Positions 1-13,051 are shown, numbered from the stretch's first letter. The stretch is 64,000 bases of DNA from Octopus vulgaris (GCA_951406725.2 OX597826.1:68014001-68078000), one strand, 5' to 3'. Notes: generated from the letters alone by a model not told the origin. Numbers and translations: made by a program.

Positions 1-72
1 AACGTGAAGACGAACGAAATGCCGCTAAGCATTTCGTCCGGCGTGCCGACAGTTCTGCCTGTTCGTCGCCTT
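1..72 (-). mobile_element. 5' head of SINE family A (truncated by window edge)
   Basis: Reverse complement matches the 5' end (aaggcggc...gcagaa...gcacgccg...gaaatgcttagcgg) of the fuller copies at 40664-40894 and 60432-60654. Confidence 0.8.
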
Positions 73-465
73 ATGATGACATTAACAATGCCATGGAACT
101 GGTGGTGGTCTTAGTAGTGGCTGTGCAGATGCTGTTGATCATGTTGTTGACTAGGATGATGATGATGATGATGACGATGAGGATGTTGTTGATGATGATG
201 GTGATTATGGTGATAAAGTAGATAGTGATGATGAAGATGATGCTGATTATGATGATAATATTGATGATGTTCATGATATTGACGATGATATCGATCATGA
301 GGATGGCAGTGACGATGGTGACGATAATGATGTTCTTGACGTTGATGATGACGATGGTCATGATGATGAGGAGGAGGAAGACGGCGACGAATTGAAGTAC
401 TAGTGGTAGCGCTGATAGTTTTAATCGTGTTGGCTAGGATGATGATGATGATGATGATGATGATA

Positions 466-518
<53 letters not shown>

Positions 519-1120
519 AATGATGATGATGATGATGACGATGCGGATGTTGCTGATGATGATGGTGATGATAGTGATAATGGTGATAAAGTAGATAGTG
601 TACATGAAGATGATGCTGAGGTTGATGATGATGATGGTGATGATGATGTTGACGATGATGATGATCATGACGATGACAGTGACGATGATGAAGATAATGA
701 TGTTGTTGACGTTGATGATGATGATGGTGATGAAGAAGGTGACGATGATGATGATGAGGATGGGGATGAGGAGGAGGAGGTGGAGGAGTTGAAGGTACCA
801 GTAGTAGCGCTGATCATTTTCATCGTGGTGATAGTGGTGGTGGAGCTGCTTCTGATGGTGTACTGGTGGTGGTGTTAATGATGTCTACTTTAATGTGATG
901 TCGGCGACGAGAATGATGACAAAAAAGACGATGATGACAAAGAACAGTTATTGAGCGGTAGTAATCGTGGTGGTATTGGTGGTGGTAGCTCTTGGAAATG
1001 ATAACAAGTGGTGGTGTTGGTGGTGGTTTTGCTGGTGCTGGTGGTGTTGTTGTTGGCGGTGGTAGTGGTGGTGGTGGTGGTGGTGGTGGTGGCAGTGATT
1101 GTGGAAGTATTGACTGATAT
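73..1120. repeat. Degenerate (GAT)n/(GGT)n low-complexity region with cryptic internal duplication
   Basis: Trinucleotide tracts. Non-repeat anchors recur, e.g. gataaagtagatagtg at about 212 and 585, and tagcgctgat at about 406 and 805. Confidence 0.9.
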
Positions 1121-1487
1121 AGATGACATTCAAGTTTTAAAAAAAAACAATGATTAACAGTTGGAGGCGGAGTAGAAGGAAGCATAGGAACGGAGGGAAA
1201 GGAGGAGGTTTGTGAGAGAAGAAAAACAACAACAACAACAACAAAAAAGAAAAACAGAGCAACAAAAAAAAAAAGAAAGAAATAAAGAGGAAAGGAAAAG
1301 AAAGAAGTAATGAAAGACAGGGTGGTGGTGGTGGTAGGATGGAGAATAAAATAAATCTGTTAATTTAAAAGATCAATTGATTAATTAACTATTCCTTGTT
1401 AATCTACGGCAAAGAACAAAGAACTCATTTAGCATTTTCTTTGATGTTGCAGAATTATCCTCAGTGTTTTGAAGTTTCTTATACAAA

Positions 1488-1561
1488 TCTATCTATCTAT
1501 CTACCTATCTATCCATCCATCTGTTTATCGCTCTATTTCACTATATATCTCACATTATTTA

Positions 1562-1593
<32 letters not shown>

Positions 1594-1657
1594 ACTCTCT
1601 CTTATTCTGCATATATATACATATATATATATATATTCATATGTGTGGATATATTTG

Positions 1658-1721
<64 letters not shown>

Positions 1722-1825
1722 CATATGTATATATGTGTAACACATATATACATATATATAAACATATATTCTCACAGATATGTGTAAATATATAACTATG
1801 CATATATATATATATATGTATGTAA

Positions 1826-1884
<59 letters not shown>
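1488..1884. repeat. Compound (TCTA)n/(CT)n/(TA)n microsatellite
   Basis: Directly visible. Confidence 0.95.
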
Positions 1885-1885
<1 letters not shown>

Positions 1886-1977
1886 TGTCAGCTATTCGTC
1901 TTCGGGTATTGCTCTGATAGTTGGCGTTTCTATCCTTGATTGGAATAATTGGCACCAGCTGTCATAGCTCTCACAGT

Positions 1978-2180
<203 letters not shown>

Positions 2181-2182
2181 TA

Positions 2183-3475
2183 AAAGATATCGGAATGGAA
2201 TTTGGGACTAAAATGTGTGGTAATCTTAGAATACAAGGAGGCAAAGAAGTGTCGTTTGGTGGTATAGAGTTACCAAACAGGGCGAAAATCATGGACATTG
2301 AGACTAATGGATATAGATGTCTGGGGATCTAGAACACGACAAAATCAAAGAAAGTGAAATGAAGGAAAACTTTAGGCGAGAATATCTCAGAAGAACCAAG
2401 TTAATTATCGGAAGTAGACTCAATAGAAAGAAATCAAGACCAGGGCAATGAAAACATGGGCTATTTACTTAACGTGATAGACACAGGTGTTGGTTGATGG
2501 ACAAAGAATGAGCTTGAGAGAATGGACAGTAAAACTAGGAAAGTGGTCACAATTAACAAGAAGTACACCCCCAATACTGACAGCCTGTATGTACATAGAA
2601 ATAGGGGAGGAAGAGGTCTCATAGGATGGAGGATCTGTTTTGACAACGAGAAGAATAATCTTCGATGTTACATCAAACAGTAGATTGAATCCTTGCTTGC
2701 TGCTGTAAGAATTTACAATACAATACCTAGCGAAAATTTGATGCACACACAAACATTTAAGAAACAAGACGAAGAAGAAAGTGTATACAACTGGAAAATG
2801 AAACCACTGCATGGGCAATACCTCAGAGAAATCGAAGGAACAGACAAGATCGATACTTGGAAATGACTAAGAAAAAGTGATCTGAAAGGATGCACTGAGG
2901 CATTGATACGCAGTGCCCAGGAACAAGCCCTGAGAACCAATTGCACCAAGTTCCAAATAGGTAAGAGTAGATACTCGCCTCTTTCTGTGTGATAGCAGAA
3001 ATGAAACAATCTTTTACATTGTGAGTGAGTAAACTGGTCCAAAAGCACTACAAAAGATGACACGCGAACGTGGCTGAGCTCGTCCACTGAAACCATACCA
3101 AAAGTACTGCCTGAACAGAGGAGCACGGAACTGGTACAAACATGAACCAGAAGGAGTCACAGAGAACAAGGATCGGAAGACACTGTGGGATTTTACAATC
3201 GAATATGACGCCATAATCGAGGATCGGAGACCAGATAGTGTTGTGGTAGATAGAGAAAACAAGGAAACTAAGATCATAGATATTGCAACACCTGGAGATG
3301 CACGCGTAAGGTATAAAGAACTAGGAAAAATTTAAACGTTCAGACTGTTAGCTTATAATGTGCGGAAAGACACCCTGTGAGACCTCTGACAGTAGGATGC
3401 TGTCCGCTCTCACAGAATCTACCAGAACGAACAAGACCGAACGTTCTGAGAAGTAAAACAGCAGCAATAATAATG
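2183..3475 (+). mobile_element. Decayed 5'-truncated R4/Dong-clade non-LTR retrotransposon (RT C-terminus, zinc-knuckle region, restriction-like endonuclease, 3' UTR)
   Basis: Translated fragments DIGMEFGTKMC, YRCLGI, LYVHRNRGGRGL, WKMKPLHGQYLR, AQEQALRTN and WYKHEPEGVTENKDRKTLWDFTIEYDAIIEDRRPDSVVVDRENKETKIIDIATPGD (PD...D RLE motif). Multiple stops and frameshifts; ends in aataataat. Confidence 0.88.
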
Positions 3476-3478
3476 ATG

Positions 3479-3648
3479 AGAAGAAGAAGAAGAAGAAGAA
3501 GAAGAAGAAGAAAAAAGAAGAAGAAGAAAAAAGAAGAAAGAAGAAGAAGACGAAGAAGAAGAAGACGAAGAAGAAGGAGAAGAAGACGAAGAAGAAGAAG
3601 AAGAAGAGGAGGAGGAGAAAAAGAAGAAGGAGGAAGAGGAGGAGGAGA
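3479..3648. repeat. (GAA)n/(GGA)n microsatellite
   Basis: Directly visible. Confidence 0.95.
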
Positions 3649-4014
3649 TGTTGACCCAGTAGACTAAAAGTAACGTCGAGCGAAATTAAGACTACTGTAA
3701 GCTATAATACGAGGGTAATAGATGAATGTTCGATGGTTTCGCACTTATTCTTGCCTCATCATAACATTGACTAAACATTATACAAACTTTTGCAATAAAA
3801 GCTATCCAAATACGGAGAGCGGACAAAAAAGTATCGGTTCTGTTTCTATTGTAACAGAGTAAACTACACAGAGTAAAGCTGCTTGTCACAGATTGAGCTT
3901 GAACTATGTCGCACATGCGCATTAAATCATAGCGTTGTCGCTCACTTCCGTTGATTAATAGAAATGCTTGCAAAGAAAGTGTGCAGTGTTTGTTGATCAC
4001 ACTTCGTATATGAC

Positions 4015-4086
<72 letters not shown>

Positions 4087-4280
4087 ATACAGCAATTAGA
4101 CAATGGAACAGGTTAAGTAATGACACCATCGCCACAGTTAATTATATAAAATTATTCTGAGGACCCTGTGATAACACTAACATAACAGATCTTGTCATTA
4201 AGCTTCTTAGCAGTACAGGATACTTTGTGATAATGGTGATTTAATAATATTTAATAATAATTTAATTATAATTTAATATT

Positions 4281-5100
4281 TAATAACAATGGTAATAACA
4301 TTGGTAAAATATTCCTGTCACTCCAAGACAAACACTTTCCAGCCACTTGCAGATACAGGAAATATTTAGCAGGTGTTCTGTGAAATTATCATATAGATGC
4401 TGCCCCGATATCAAGAGTATCATTACATGTGCTCAATACCAAGAGCCTGGTTCCGGTTGCAACTTTCGTGACCCAGGATCCTGTCCACTTGAATAATGAT
4501 GTGTGATTAAATCTATCATATATGAGGCAGAGGTTACAGCAGCCCTAAAAAATAATACAACTGATGAGAAAACCTATAATGGATTATTTGAAGGTGAATT
4601 TAAAAATCGCTTTACCAATTAAATGGCCCCTTCCGACATACGGACAAAAATTAAAGCTACTAAGTTGGCTAGCTACCTATGGACTTTGAAAGATAACGAA
4701 ACACAGTATGTGATTAAATGGAAAACAATTGAGAAATCCATACCTTGTGTGAATAGATCGAATAAATATTTGGCTGAAAAAGCACAGATCCTGTTCGGAT
4801 CTAAGATCTCTAGCTCTCTACTGAACGCCAGGTTTCAGCAGTTGCATGAATATTTATAAATACATTTTGAAGATCTGGAAGATTTCGTCTATTCCTAACT
4901 GATTTGATAACTTTCTAGCCTTTCAATTAAGATCTAAGGCGTTTAGCTTTTTCACCTGTTTAGTTTTGTATTTTTTTACATTTTACCTTCTGTTTTCCGT
5001 TTTGCCGTTTTCCGTTGTTTACTGCCTACGTTTTTTATATGCTGCATTCTCATTCAAATTCTGTAGTTTATTATAATATATTGGTTTGTGCCTGAAGAAT
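4281..5100 (+). mobile_element. Decayed Penelope-like element (Naiad-like): RT-linker, Cys motif, GIY-YIG endonuclease and T-rich 3' region
   Basis: NIGKIFLSLQDKHFP...SVKLSYRCCP, then one frame 4458-4859: CNFRDPGSCPLE**CVIKSIIYEAEV...KTYNGLFEGEFKNRFTN*...TKLASYLWTLK...IKWKTIEK...AEKAQI...LLNAR. This matches the CxC-x5-C-x5-C / IIY / YIG / T-L-S-Y-W-LK / EK / LLN-R pattern of PLE endonucleases. Confidence 0.82.
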
Positions 5101-5177
5101 TATGTTTGAGCTTTCTCAACATATGAAGCTATTAGTTGCACTTTAATACGTGTATTCTGTATTGTGACCTTCAAATA

Positions 5178-5208
<31 letters not shown>

Positions 5209-5598
5209 ACGAAAACAAAAAAATGGAACAAGTTAGTAACAGGCGACAACAAAACACCCGAACAGTTAGACGATACAAGAAAGGACAGAAAAAAACAAGG
5301 ACGCGTCATTCGAAGCTTCCTATCCTCAGTCGAGTTCCAGATCGTGTTTGCAGTTTCGGACGGTTACACTTGAGACTGCTTTAATCTGGCCGGCCCCACG
5401 AAAATGTCAGCTAAAAGCACTAGACTCCTTGGGAGAAGGCAACGAATGTATACGAAATAAAGAGGAAAAACACGGAGAAATGGTACACAATTACAAATAC
5501 AAACATCAGGACACGAACAAGAGGTCTTTTTCGACTAAGGACGAATTAAATTAAGCTGGCGTGCGTGGAAGTGAAGCCTTACGGCAGGAATAATTGGT
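5209..5598. mobile_element. Unclassified short interspersed element within (TA)n
   Basis: About 390 bp of complex, strand-skewed sequence with sharp (TA)n boundaries; no coding potential seen. Confidence 0.45.
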
Positions 5599-5709
5599 AT
5601 ATTTATATATATTTCAAATATTTAGCAAAAACATAAGCGGAACATCTGAGGAATTAGCAACGAATTTTCCGTTTGTTATGTTTTTGTCAGATTTTTGTCA
5701 TCTTTTGCT

Positions 5710-5870
5710 TTTTTACTTCTTTCAGCCATTAAACGGCGGTCATACTGGGACACCGCCTTGAAGCATTTACGTGAAGAAAGGCCTGGTACTTACCTTCTTC
5801 TGATGCCAAATTAACCGATTACTGAATGTAAACTAACCAGCAGCTATTGACAAACAATGGCATGGGGTAG
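5710..5870 (-). mobile_element. Decayed 3' part of SINE family D
   Basis: ttcagccatt...gcggtcatactgggacaccgccttg is similar to 37355-37550. Confidence 0.65.
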
Positions 5871-5960
5871 GCACAAGCTAAAATATTCACTCGCTCGCAC
5901 ACGCAGGTACAGACCCACACACGCACGCACACACAGGCACGCACGCACACGCACATTCAT

Positions 5961-6600
5961 TCAGTTTTCATTGTGCCTCGTGGCACTTGAGGCTACAGTA
6001 AGACCGTTCCCCCCTCTAACACTGAAAGCATCCTTGAGATCCTGTTCCATTGTTAACCCTCTGCTTATAATATCTTTTGTTATTGTTCTCCGTCCTGTTT
6101 CCTTTGGTTGGTGACGTCTTCTTTTACCTTGTGGAAACCCGTGCAAAGCGATCCTCACAATTGAGTTCGGTTTATAGCGACAAACCCAACCCAGCCATTT
6201 CCATCTCCTTGTTTCAATAGAGTCTCTTATTATTTGCACGTTAGCCTTGCTGTGTAGTTGGCTATTGGAGATCATATTCGGCCAGTAGAGCTTCAAAGTT
6301 ATCCGAAAACATTCAATTTGAAACACTTCCAATTTCTTTTCAATACTTTTGATAGTTTTCCAACATTCGGATCCATAATGAACAACGCTAAGTATGTTGC
6401 TTTCGTAAAATCGTATTTTGGTGCGCTTGATGAACGAATATTGATGATTTCCATATTGAGTTTAACATGCTGAAAGATTGGTTGGCTTTACTGGTTCTTG
6501 TATTCATTTTATGAATGCAGTCGCTATCCTTTGTTATGTTGGTGCCTAGTTAGTTAAATGCATCAACATTTGCAGTTGGTTTGACTTTCAACGCATGCAT
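5961..6600 (-). mobile_element. Decayed RTE-type LINE 3' end (RT thumb/C-terminus)
   Basis: ORF 5961-6332: EVFQIECFR..LYWPNMISN...IETRRWKWLGWVCR...RIAL..PQGKRRRHQPKETGRRT. Upstream fragments VDAFN*LGTNI...RTSKANQSFSMLNSIWKS are typical of RTE/RTE-X ORF2. Confidence 0.85.
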
Positions 6601-7124
6601 TTAAATTTAAGGATGTTCCCCCTTTGACTGCTATAACATTTTTTTTATTAAACTTCTCATCCCTTTGAGAGAATGGCAACGGTTTTGAACATGATGTTGG
6701 AGAAATTAATGTCTAATGTCGAAGAGAACTTAACTTTTGCTAATGTGAGGTAATACACGAAAGAAGTTAACCATGAATTATCCCTCATGCAATTGCTCCC
6801 TATAAAACTAGTTTAATATATAATAACACCATTTACAATTGTTTCATCATAATTGCTCTTATGAACGATTGTCCTGAAATTAAGAAGACTCTTAATCTAT
6901 ATTACATCATAAAACTACTCTATAAATACACCCTACACGCGTCTAATTACTTTTCTATATATTCATTAACAAAATCAAGGTTCATGATGAAAGAGTCAGT
7001 AAAATTATACATTACATTTATACCCGTCCATAGTTTCATGTATGGTCCTTTTAACTCAGAAAGAGGTGGAACAACAAAACGCAAACTATCCCGTCCGAAA
7101 CTTTAGCATAATTTCTACATCAAT

Positions 7125-7397
7125 ACAATATTTTGTCGACAGCAGAAATGGGAAAAGCTATGTCGATTTCGCGGGGATTTGAACTCAGATCCCGAAGAAC
7201 ACAAACAGATACCTCCAGACATTCTGTCCGACACTCCAACTATCCTGCTAGTCTACAACTGTAGATTGATACTTAATAATATATTTTATCGACTCCGAAA
7301 AAGCGCAAGGCGAAGTTGACTGCAGCGAGATGTGTACTTAGCTCGTCGAATAAATGCCATAAGTCTTTTTTTCGACGCTCTAACGATTGTGCCAACT
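7125..7397 (-). mobile_element. Two tandem, heavily decayed SINE family A fragments
   Basis: Two degenerate copies of the atcgac...aaggcgaagttgac...gatttgaactcaga...cgacgctctaacgatt.tgcca pattern. Confidence 0.55.
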
Positions 7398-8253
7398 TTG
7401 GAAACGAAACAATTGAAAAGGTGCCTTGGTTTAAAGCGCAGTCATGCGTAGCTGTAACTTTTTTCTGATCTTGAATACAATCCAAATCTCTCTTAGTAAC
7501 AAGTTAAATATGTGTATGTTCTTAAAATTACAAAGATCTCCACAGAACAGATATCTGCCAAGCAAAGCGATGCCATTAGAATGTTCTTAAAGGAGACTGT
7601 CGAAGAAAGTGCATCTTCAGATAACAATTTTAAATAAATTTATTTTTAAAGTTTTCTTCTTTTTTCTTTCAGTATGACTATGTTTATATTTAATTGCAAA
7701 CGTTCATTAAAATTTTATCATTTAAACTAGATTTCTTATTGAGCAATTATTTCATAATAAACGTATTTCCTTACTACTCAATTAGTAAGTAATAAATGTA
7801 CTGCTATACAGCATTTGCAGTTCGTCTGAACGATGGAACATTTTTTTTAATGCTATTTCTGTTCAAATTTCTTACAGTACATTTATCAGCCAATAAAATA
7901 GTCTTCATTACTCTGTATATGTCTTATTTACGATAATTCCGTTATTTGTGTAATAAATGCATTCAAAACAACTTCGTCAACAAGAGAAATTTCTCAATAA
8001 CTGCATGTCAAATAGTCAAGCTTATTGATATTCAAGAAATTTATTATATTACTATGCAATAACATTACTATAAGATATAGTGAAATTGCTATTCAATGGA
8101 CACATTTATATTTGTGGTTGCTATATGTGACACAGCGGCTTCCTGTCTTTATATTCATTTATAGTTTCTCTTTAACCACATTCGTTCTGATTCGCGATCT
8201 TTTTGCCTCTTCATTTCTCCGTCTTTGTCTTTGCTTCTGTCCAATCTCCCAAA

Positions 8254-8273
8254 ACACACACACACACACACAG

Positions 8274-8357
<84 letters not shown>

Positions 8358-8390
8358 GCACGAACACACACACACACACACTCTCTCTCT
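8254..8390. repeat. (CA)n microsatellite
   Basis: Directly visible. Confidence 0.95.
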
Positions 8391-8539
8391 CCTCTATTCA
8401 TAAATCTACTTCAGCATAATCTGTCACGCATCTGAAATCAACAAATATCCAATAAATAAATTTTCTTTTGAAATTCTTCAATGTGTTTCAGCTTTAAAGG
8501 TGTGGTCATGCTGGAGCACCACCAGTGAAAGTGTGAGGT

Positions 8540-8665
8540 GCTTCCAGCACATAGGTTTACCAAGCGGTCACCCATCTAAGTACTCATTAAAGTACTCATT
8601 AGATTCAAAGTACTCATCTGAGTACTCATTAGATTCAACGTTGCTTAACTTCGGTGATCGAAACC
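8540..8665 (-). pseudogene. 5S rRNA pseudogene with internal tandem duplication
   Basis: Reverse complement contains cgatcaccgaagttaagcaacg (box A region) and agtacttagatgggtgaccgcttgg...gtgctggaagc (box C and 3' stem) of metazoan 5S rRNA. The motif agtactcat is amplified four times between them. Confidence 0.85.
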
Positions 8666-9242
8666 TTCAGTTCACGAGCGCAATATAGAAATTGTTTACA
8701 AAACACATTGTGTCTGTGCCAAAGTATTCCATAGAAAACGAAAATATGAAAACGGTGCCCCAGAAGGATAGTAAATCTGTCAGATGATAGAAGTAAAGGT
8801 CTATAACAGTTCAGGACTGTTACATGCTTCGAGTTGTAAATTTCGTTTAGTCAATGTTTGTATAACGAAAAAGGCCATAGACATTTTTGTTTTCGATTAT
8901 TTAGCTTCCAGTACAGTAATATAGATATAGCTAGACATTCGAAACGACATATAGCACATCGTTTTTTTAAGCTTCGTGGTTCCATTGTATAGACCATTAG
9001 ACCCGTGTGTTGCCTGTACTTAAAATTTAACGTTTCTCTCGGCTTAACGTCACAACGAAATCTTCACATTTTTAACCATGAAATAATCTGATTTATCCCA
9101 ATACAAAGTTCTCTGACAAACCAGCAGAGGGAAGCAGAGGAGAAATGAAGAACGTAACGTACACTTTGTATAATGATTTCAACTAGACTTGACAAAACGA
9201 TGTCTGGGCCTCGGAATGTTTGCTTGTGCTTCTAAAAATGGG

Positions 9243-9345
9243 CATCTGGCGTGGTGCTTAAGAGTGCGGGCTACTAACTCTAAGATTACGAGTTCGATTC
9301 CAAGCAGTGACTTGAATAATAATAATAATAATAATAATAACAACA
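9243..9345 (+). mobile_element. Short tRNA-derived SINE head followed by (AAT)n
   Basis: A-box-like tggcgtggtgcttaag and B-box gagttcgattcc, followed by an (AAT)n tail. Confidence 0.65.
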
Positions 9346-10964
9346 GCAACAAGGCGGTGGTAACTAGACATGAGTGCAACACCACATGTTGTCTACTTTA
9401 CCAGTTTTGACTATGATACTAGAAGTTATAGTTGTAGCAGCAGCAGTAGTAGCGTTTGAGGTAGTGGTGGTGGTTGTAGTTGTAGTAGTAGGAGGAGTAG
9501 TTGCTGTTGTAGTCATAGTAGCAATAATAGCCGTGTTTTATGACGCCAATTTCTGTAGAGAGCAGTACTTGAGGTATTTGCTTGAGTGCTTCACTGAAGT
9601 TTGCCACCCACTTGTCTTAACTAACAAGTCGTCTGTAGAAGGCAAAGAATAACATGTTTTCTACAAGAAGTGTTTAGCTGTACAGCAGACCTGTTAATTT
9701 AACCAGACTAAATACGGAATCATATTTATCATCGATACATTATGAGTTATGTGTAAGAAATTTAAAATTGTTAAAAAGAACGCCTCCTTGACAGGAGCCA
9801 AGCTTTTTATATTTCTCTCTAAAACCTTGAACTATGATGGCTTTTATCACCAGGTCATCTATGTTTTAATACTTTGAAGGTCAAACAAATTCTAGCCATG
9901 ACTATGTCATCTGTTTTTCATCGTGAAAATTATTCTCTGTTTCTTTGTAATTAAGGATTCTAATGACGCGTTAAGGGAGATTTAGCTACTATTTTCGGTA
10001 AGCTGAATGACTTTTAGTTTTAAATATTATAGTCATTATATAAATCCAGGTTATCCTCAATTCATCAGATCTAGGATAATGAGTGTTCCAGTCGTGGCCA
10101 TCCCATCTTCCTTTTTTACATATTGTGTTCCTAAGGTTACCACTATTCTATTTTTAAGGCAGTAAGCTATCATATGGAGGAAATTTTAGTGTTATTTCTT
10201 GCAGACCAAAGGCCACATAAGATGAGGACATTCACGGCTTGGCCAATGAAATGACATGGTGGTCAGAATTCTTGTTGAAGTCTGCTTATATATTTTACTC
10301 TTAGTTCCTATTGCTTAACACTGCGGAACACTGTTTCCAAATTATGGAGATCCGTCTTTTCTTCTACGAAGGAATACATTGGCCAATACAAAATTTTAAT
10401 TTTAATGATAATAGGGTATGGGATATGGTAGATTTGGTTACTATATCTAGCAGGCAGGAAGACGGCATAAAAATGACTTACAAAATGGCTACATTATAAA
10501 TACTTGTAATCATGAAATATTGTCAATATATAGGCGGTAAAAACACACGAAGGAATTCACGTGGTTTGTGAATTAATCATATTTAAATAAGCACAGGAAC
10601 CCAACATCAGACGAAAATTTAATCGATTAAGACTAGAAAATATTTTATCGATTTTTGAAGGAAAGGAAAAGCAAGGTTAACCCCTGAGGGATTTAGCCAC
10701 CGAACATAAAGAAATTACCAAAATTTTACAAGAATCAACCTATCGACCACTGACTATTGAAGAAAGTTAAGTGATGGCTGATGTTAAATAAGCAAAAGTG
10801 AGTGATTTCGTTTCATATACTTCGAAACAGACAAATGGTTAAGAATTTTAGTTCACAACTACTTTTGTTTTGCGTGCGTCATCACTGTGAAAAACAGGCA
10901 AGCGTCTTCTTCTAGAAGTTTTGCTTCATCAAGAACTTCTAGATGAAATTTCATAAACTGCTGT

Positions 10965-11350
10965 TTTGTTTGTTTGTTTGTTTGTTTGTTGAGCGAAGCG
11001 GTCTTCATCCCAGTGGGGGAAGACCAGAACATGGTCATTTGCTATTCGTAAGACCCACAGAAGAGAAAGCAGGTCAACCCCCGACACGGAGAGCATCGAC
11101 GGATAGGTGAATGCGCATCCAGGCTCCGCGGTGGCGTAGGACGTCGGGGACAAGAAACAGGAAGAAAGAGTGAGAGAAAGTTGGAGAGAAAGAGTACAAC
11201 AGGGGTCGCCACCACCCCTTGCCAAGGCCTCGTGGAGCTTTAGGTGTTTTCGCTCAATAAATACACACAACGCCCGGTCTGGGAATCGAAACCGCTATCC
11301 TTCGATCGCGAGTCCGCTGCCCTAACCACTGGGCCATTGCGCCTCCACTG
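10965..11350 (-). mobile_element. tRNA-derived SINE family B, tail type B, with 10-bp TSD
   Basis: Head tggaggcgcaatggcccagtggttagggc...ggtttcgattccc (pol III A/B boxes); (AAAC)n tail; direct repeats aaactgctgt at 10955-10964 and 11351-11360. Confidence 0.9.
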
Positions 11351-12311
11351 AAACTGCTGTAGCGCTTGTGAGGAAACTTTTTTTTTATTTAGGGTTTGTA
11401 GCCTTAAACTGTAGCACTACCACCAGTCCTGAAATACTCTTAACTGAAAGCAAACTATTCGGTCTAATCGTACCATACTGCCATTAGCAAACTATTTTAG
11501 AGACCGGAATAAAAGGACTTTTCCTGCATGCTTTGAAACACAAGAAATATCGGATCGCAGGAATCTTTATTTGAATAAAGGAAATGATTTGGAACACGTC
11601 GTGATAACATTCGTTCAGACCAAGATAAAAGGTTAATCTTCAAAACTTCTCTGAGCACATATATGATGACAGCTATTCTCCTTGTACCCTATAGTTGTAT
11701 AGAGACGAACGAGGTAGTCTCTTCACGTTTTCTCGATCTACTGGAAATAATAACCAACAACCGATCTTTATTTGCTGCTCGTCTTGGAGGTCAGTGCACA
11801 GTCACTAGTTAACTCTTATCAAGCATAGCAATATTCAAAGTCGTTCCAACCGTGACTGCATCATCGCTTTGTATATCATATATTATATTTAGGTGTAGAA
11901 CAGAGAGAATCCTCAGCTCATCGTACAAAATCGTTAGTGGCATTTGTTTCGGTTCTTTTCACGTTCTGAGTTCAAATCCTGTAAGAGTCAGCATTGTATT
12001 TTATCCATCGTGTTATTTTTAAAGAGATTTCGACATGATTTGAATGAGGTTTGGCTGCTATATTTAGCCCTTCCAGCTACCATACAGTGATGTTCTTGTC
12101 TGTAATTATGCGCTTTGTTACAAAAACATAGACCTGTAAATGTGATATTCACTGACGCAATATCTTAAGATATAAACCCGACTTGCTATGAGGGCCAATA
12201 CATGTTAGCACGTACTTATACGTTAACAGAGAACGGTGGAAAGGATCCCAATATTTTAATAGTCGCTGCCCTGATTGCGTGAACAATATACTTTATTATA
12301 AGGTAACAATA

Positions 12312-12659
12312 CTTTTTTTTGTGACCCACTTCGGTCATGACACTGACCATGGGTTTGCACCTAGAAATTTCCTCTCCAAGGTACAAGTCTGGGCAAGGTT
12401 GTTTATGGAAGGCCAGCAGTTGCCCATGCATACCGGCCTTCCCACTCCACGGCACCAGTGTTATCCAAGGGAAAGGCAAAGGCTGATACAGCTTGGCACC
12501 TGTGACGTCGCAACTCATTTCTACAGATGAGTGAACTGGAGCAACGTGAAAATAAAGTGTCTTGCTCAAGAACACAACACGCAGCCCGGTCCGGGATTCG
12601 AACTCACAACCTCACGATCGTAAGCTCGACGCTCTAACCACTGAGCCATGCGCCTTCAC
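12312..12659 (-). mobile_element. tRNA-derived CORE-like SINE family C, full length, with 12-bp TSD
   Basis: A/B boxes (tggctcagtggttagagc; gagttcgaatccc), CORE-like gtgttcttgagcaagacactt, oligo-A end; TSD aaggtaacaata at 12300-12311 and 12660-12671. Confidence 0.92.
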
Positions 12660-12844
12660 AAGGTAACAATAATGCTGAGAGTAAAAGATAGGCAATGATA
12701 TTGCCTTTCTTGAAATGTCATAACAGACCGAACAGAATATTAAAGCAATATTACATATGTTGTTAATGTTTTTTTTCACTTAATCTGTTTTTTTCTTAAA
12801 CATAAATAAAATATATCGAGTTATATATATTGGTGCGTAGATAG

Positions 12845-12906
<62 letters not shown>

Positions 12907-12909
12907 ATA

Positions 12910-12946
<37 letters not shown>

Positions 12947-12978
12947 ATCTATCTATCTATCTATCTATATCCATATAT

Positions 12979-13034
<56 letters not shown>

Positions 13035-13051
13035 GTCTGTCTGTCTATCTA

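Noticed and set aside
3708-3730. tacgagggt mariner-TIR-like start
   Set aside because: No matching opposite TIR or transposase remnant was found.
4491-4502. In-frame TGA in the PLE Cys motif as selenocysteine
   Set aside because: It is adjacent to a TAA and not at a conserved Cys position, and no SECIS was identified; ordinary decay explains it.
11270-11348. tRNA genes at SINE heads (also 12585-12658, 41229-41300, 63489-63560, 9243-9305)
   Set aside because: A/B boxes are present but they continue into SINE bodies with tails and TSDs, and no proper acceptor stem is evident.
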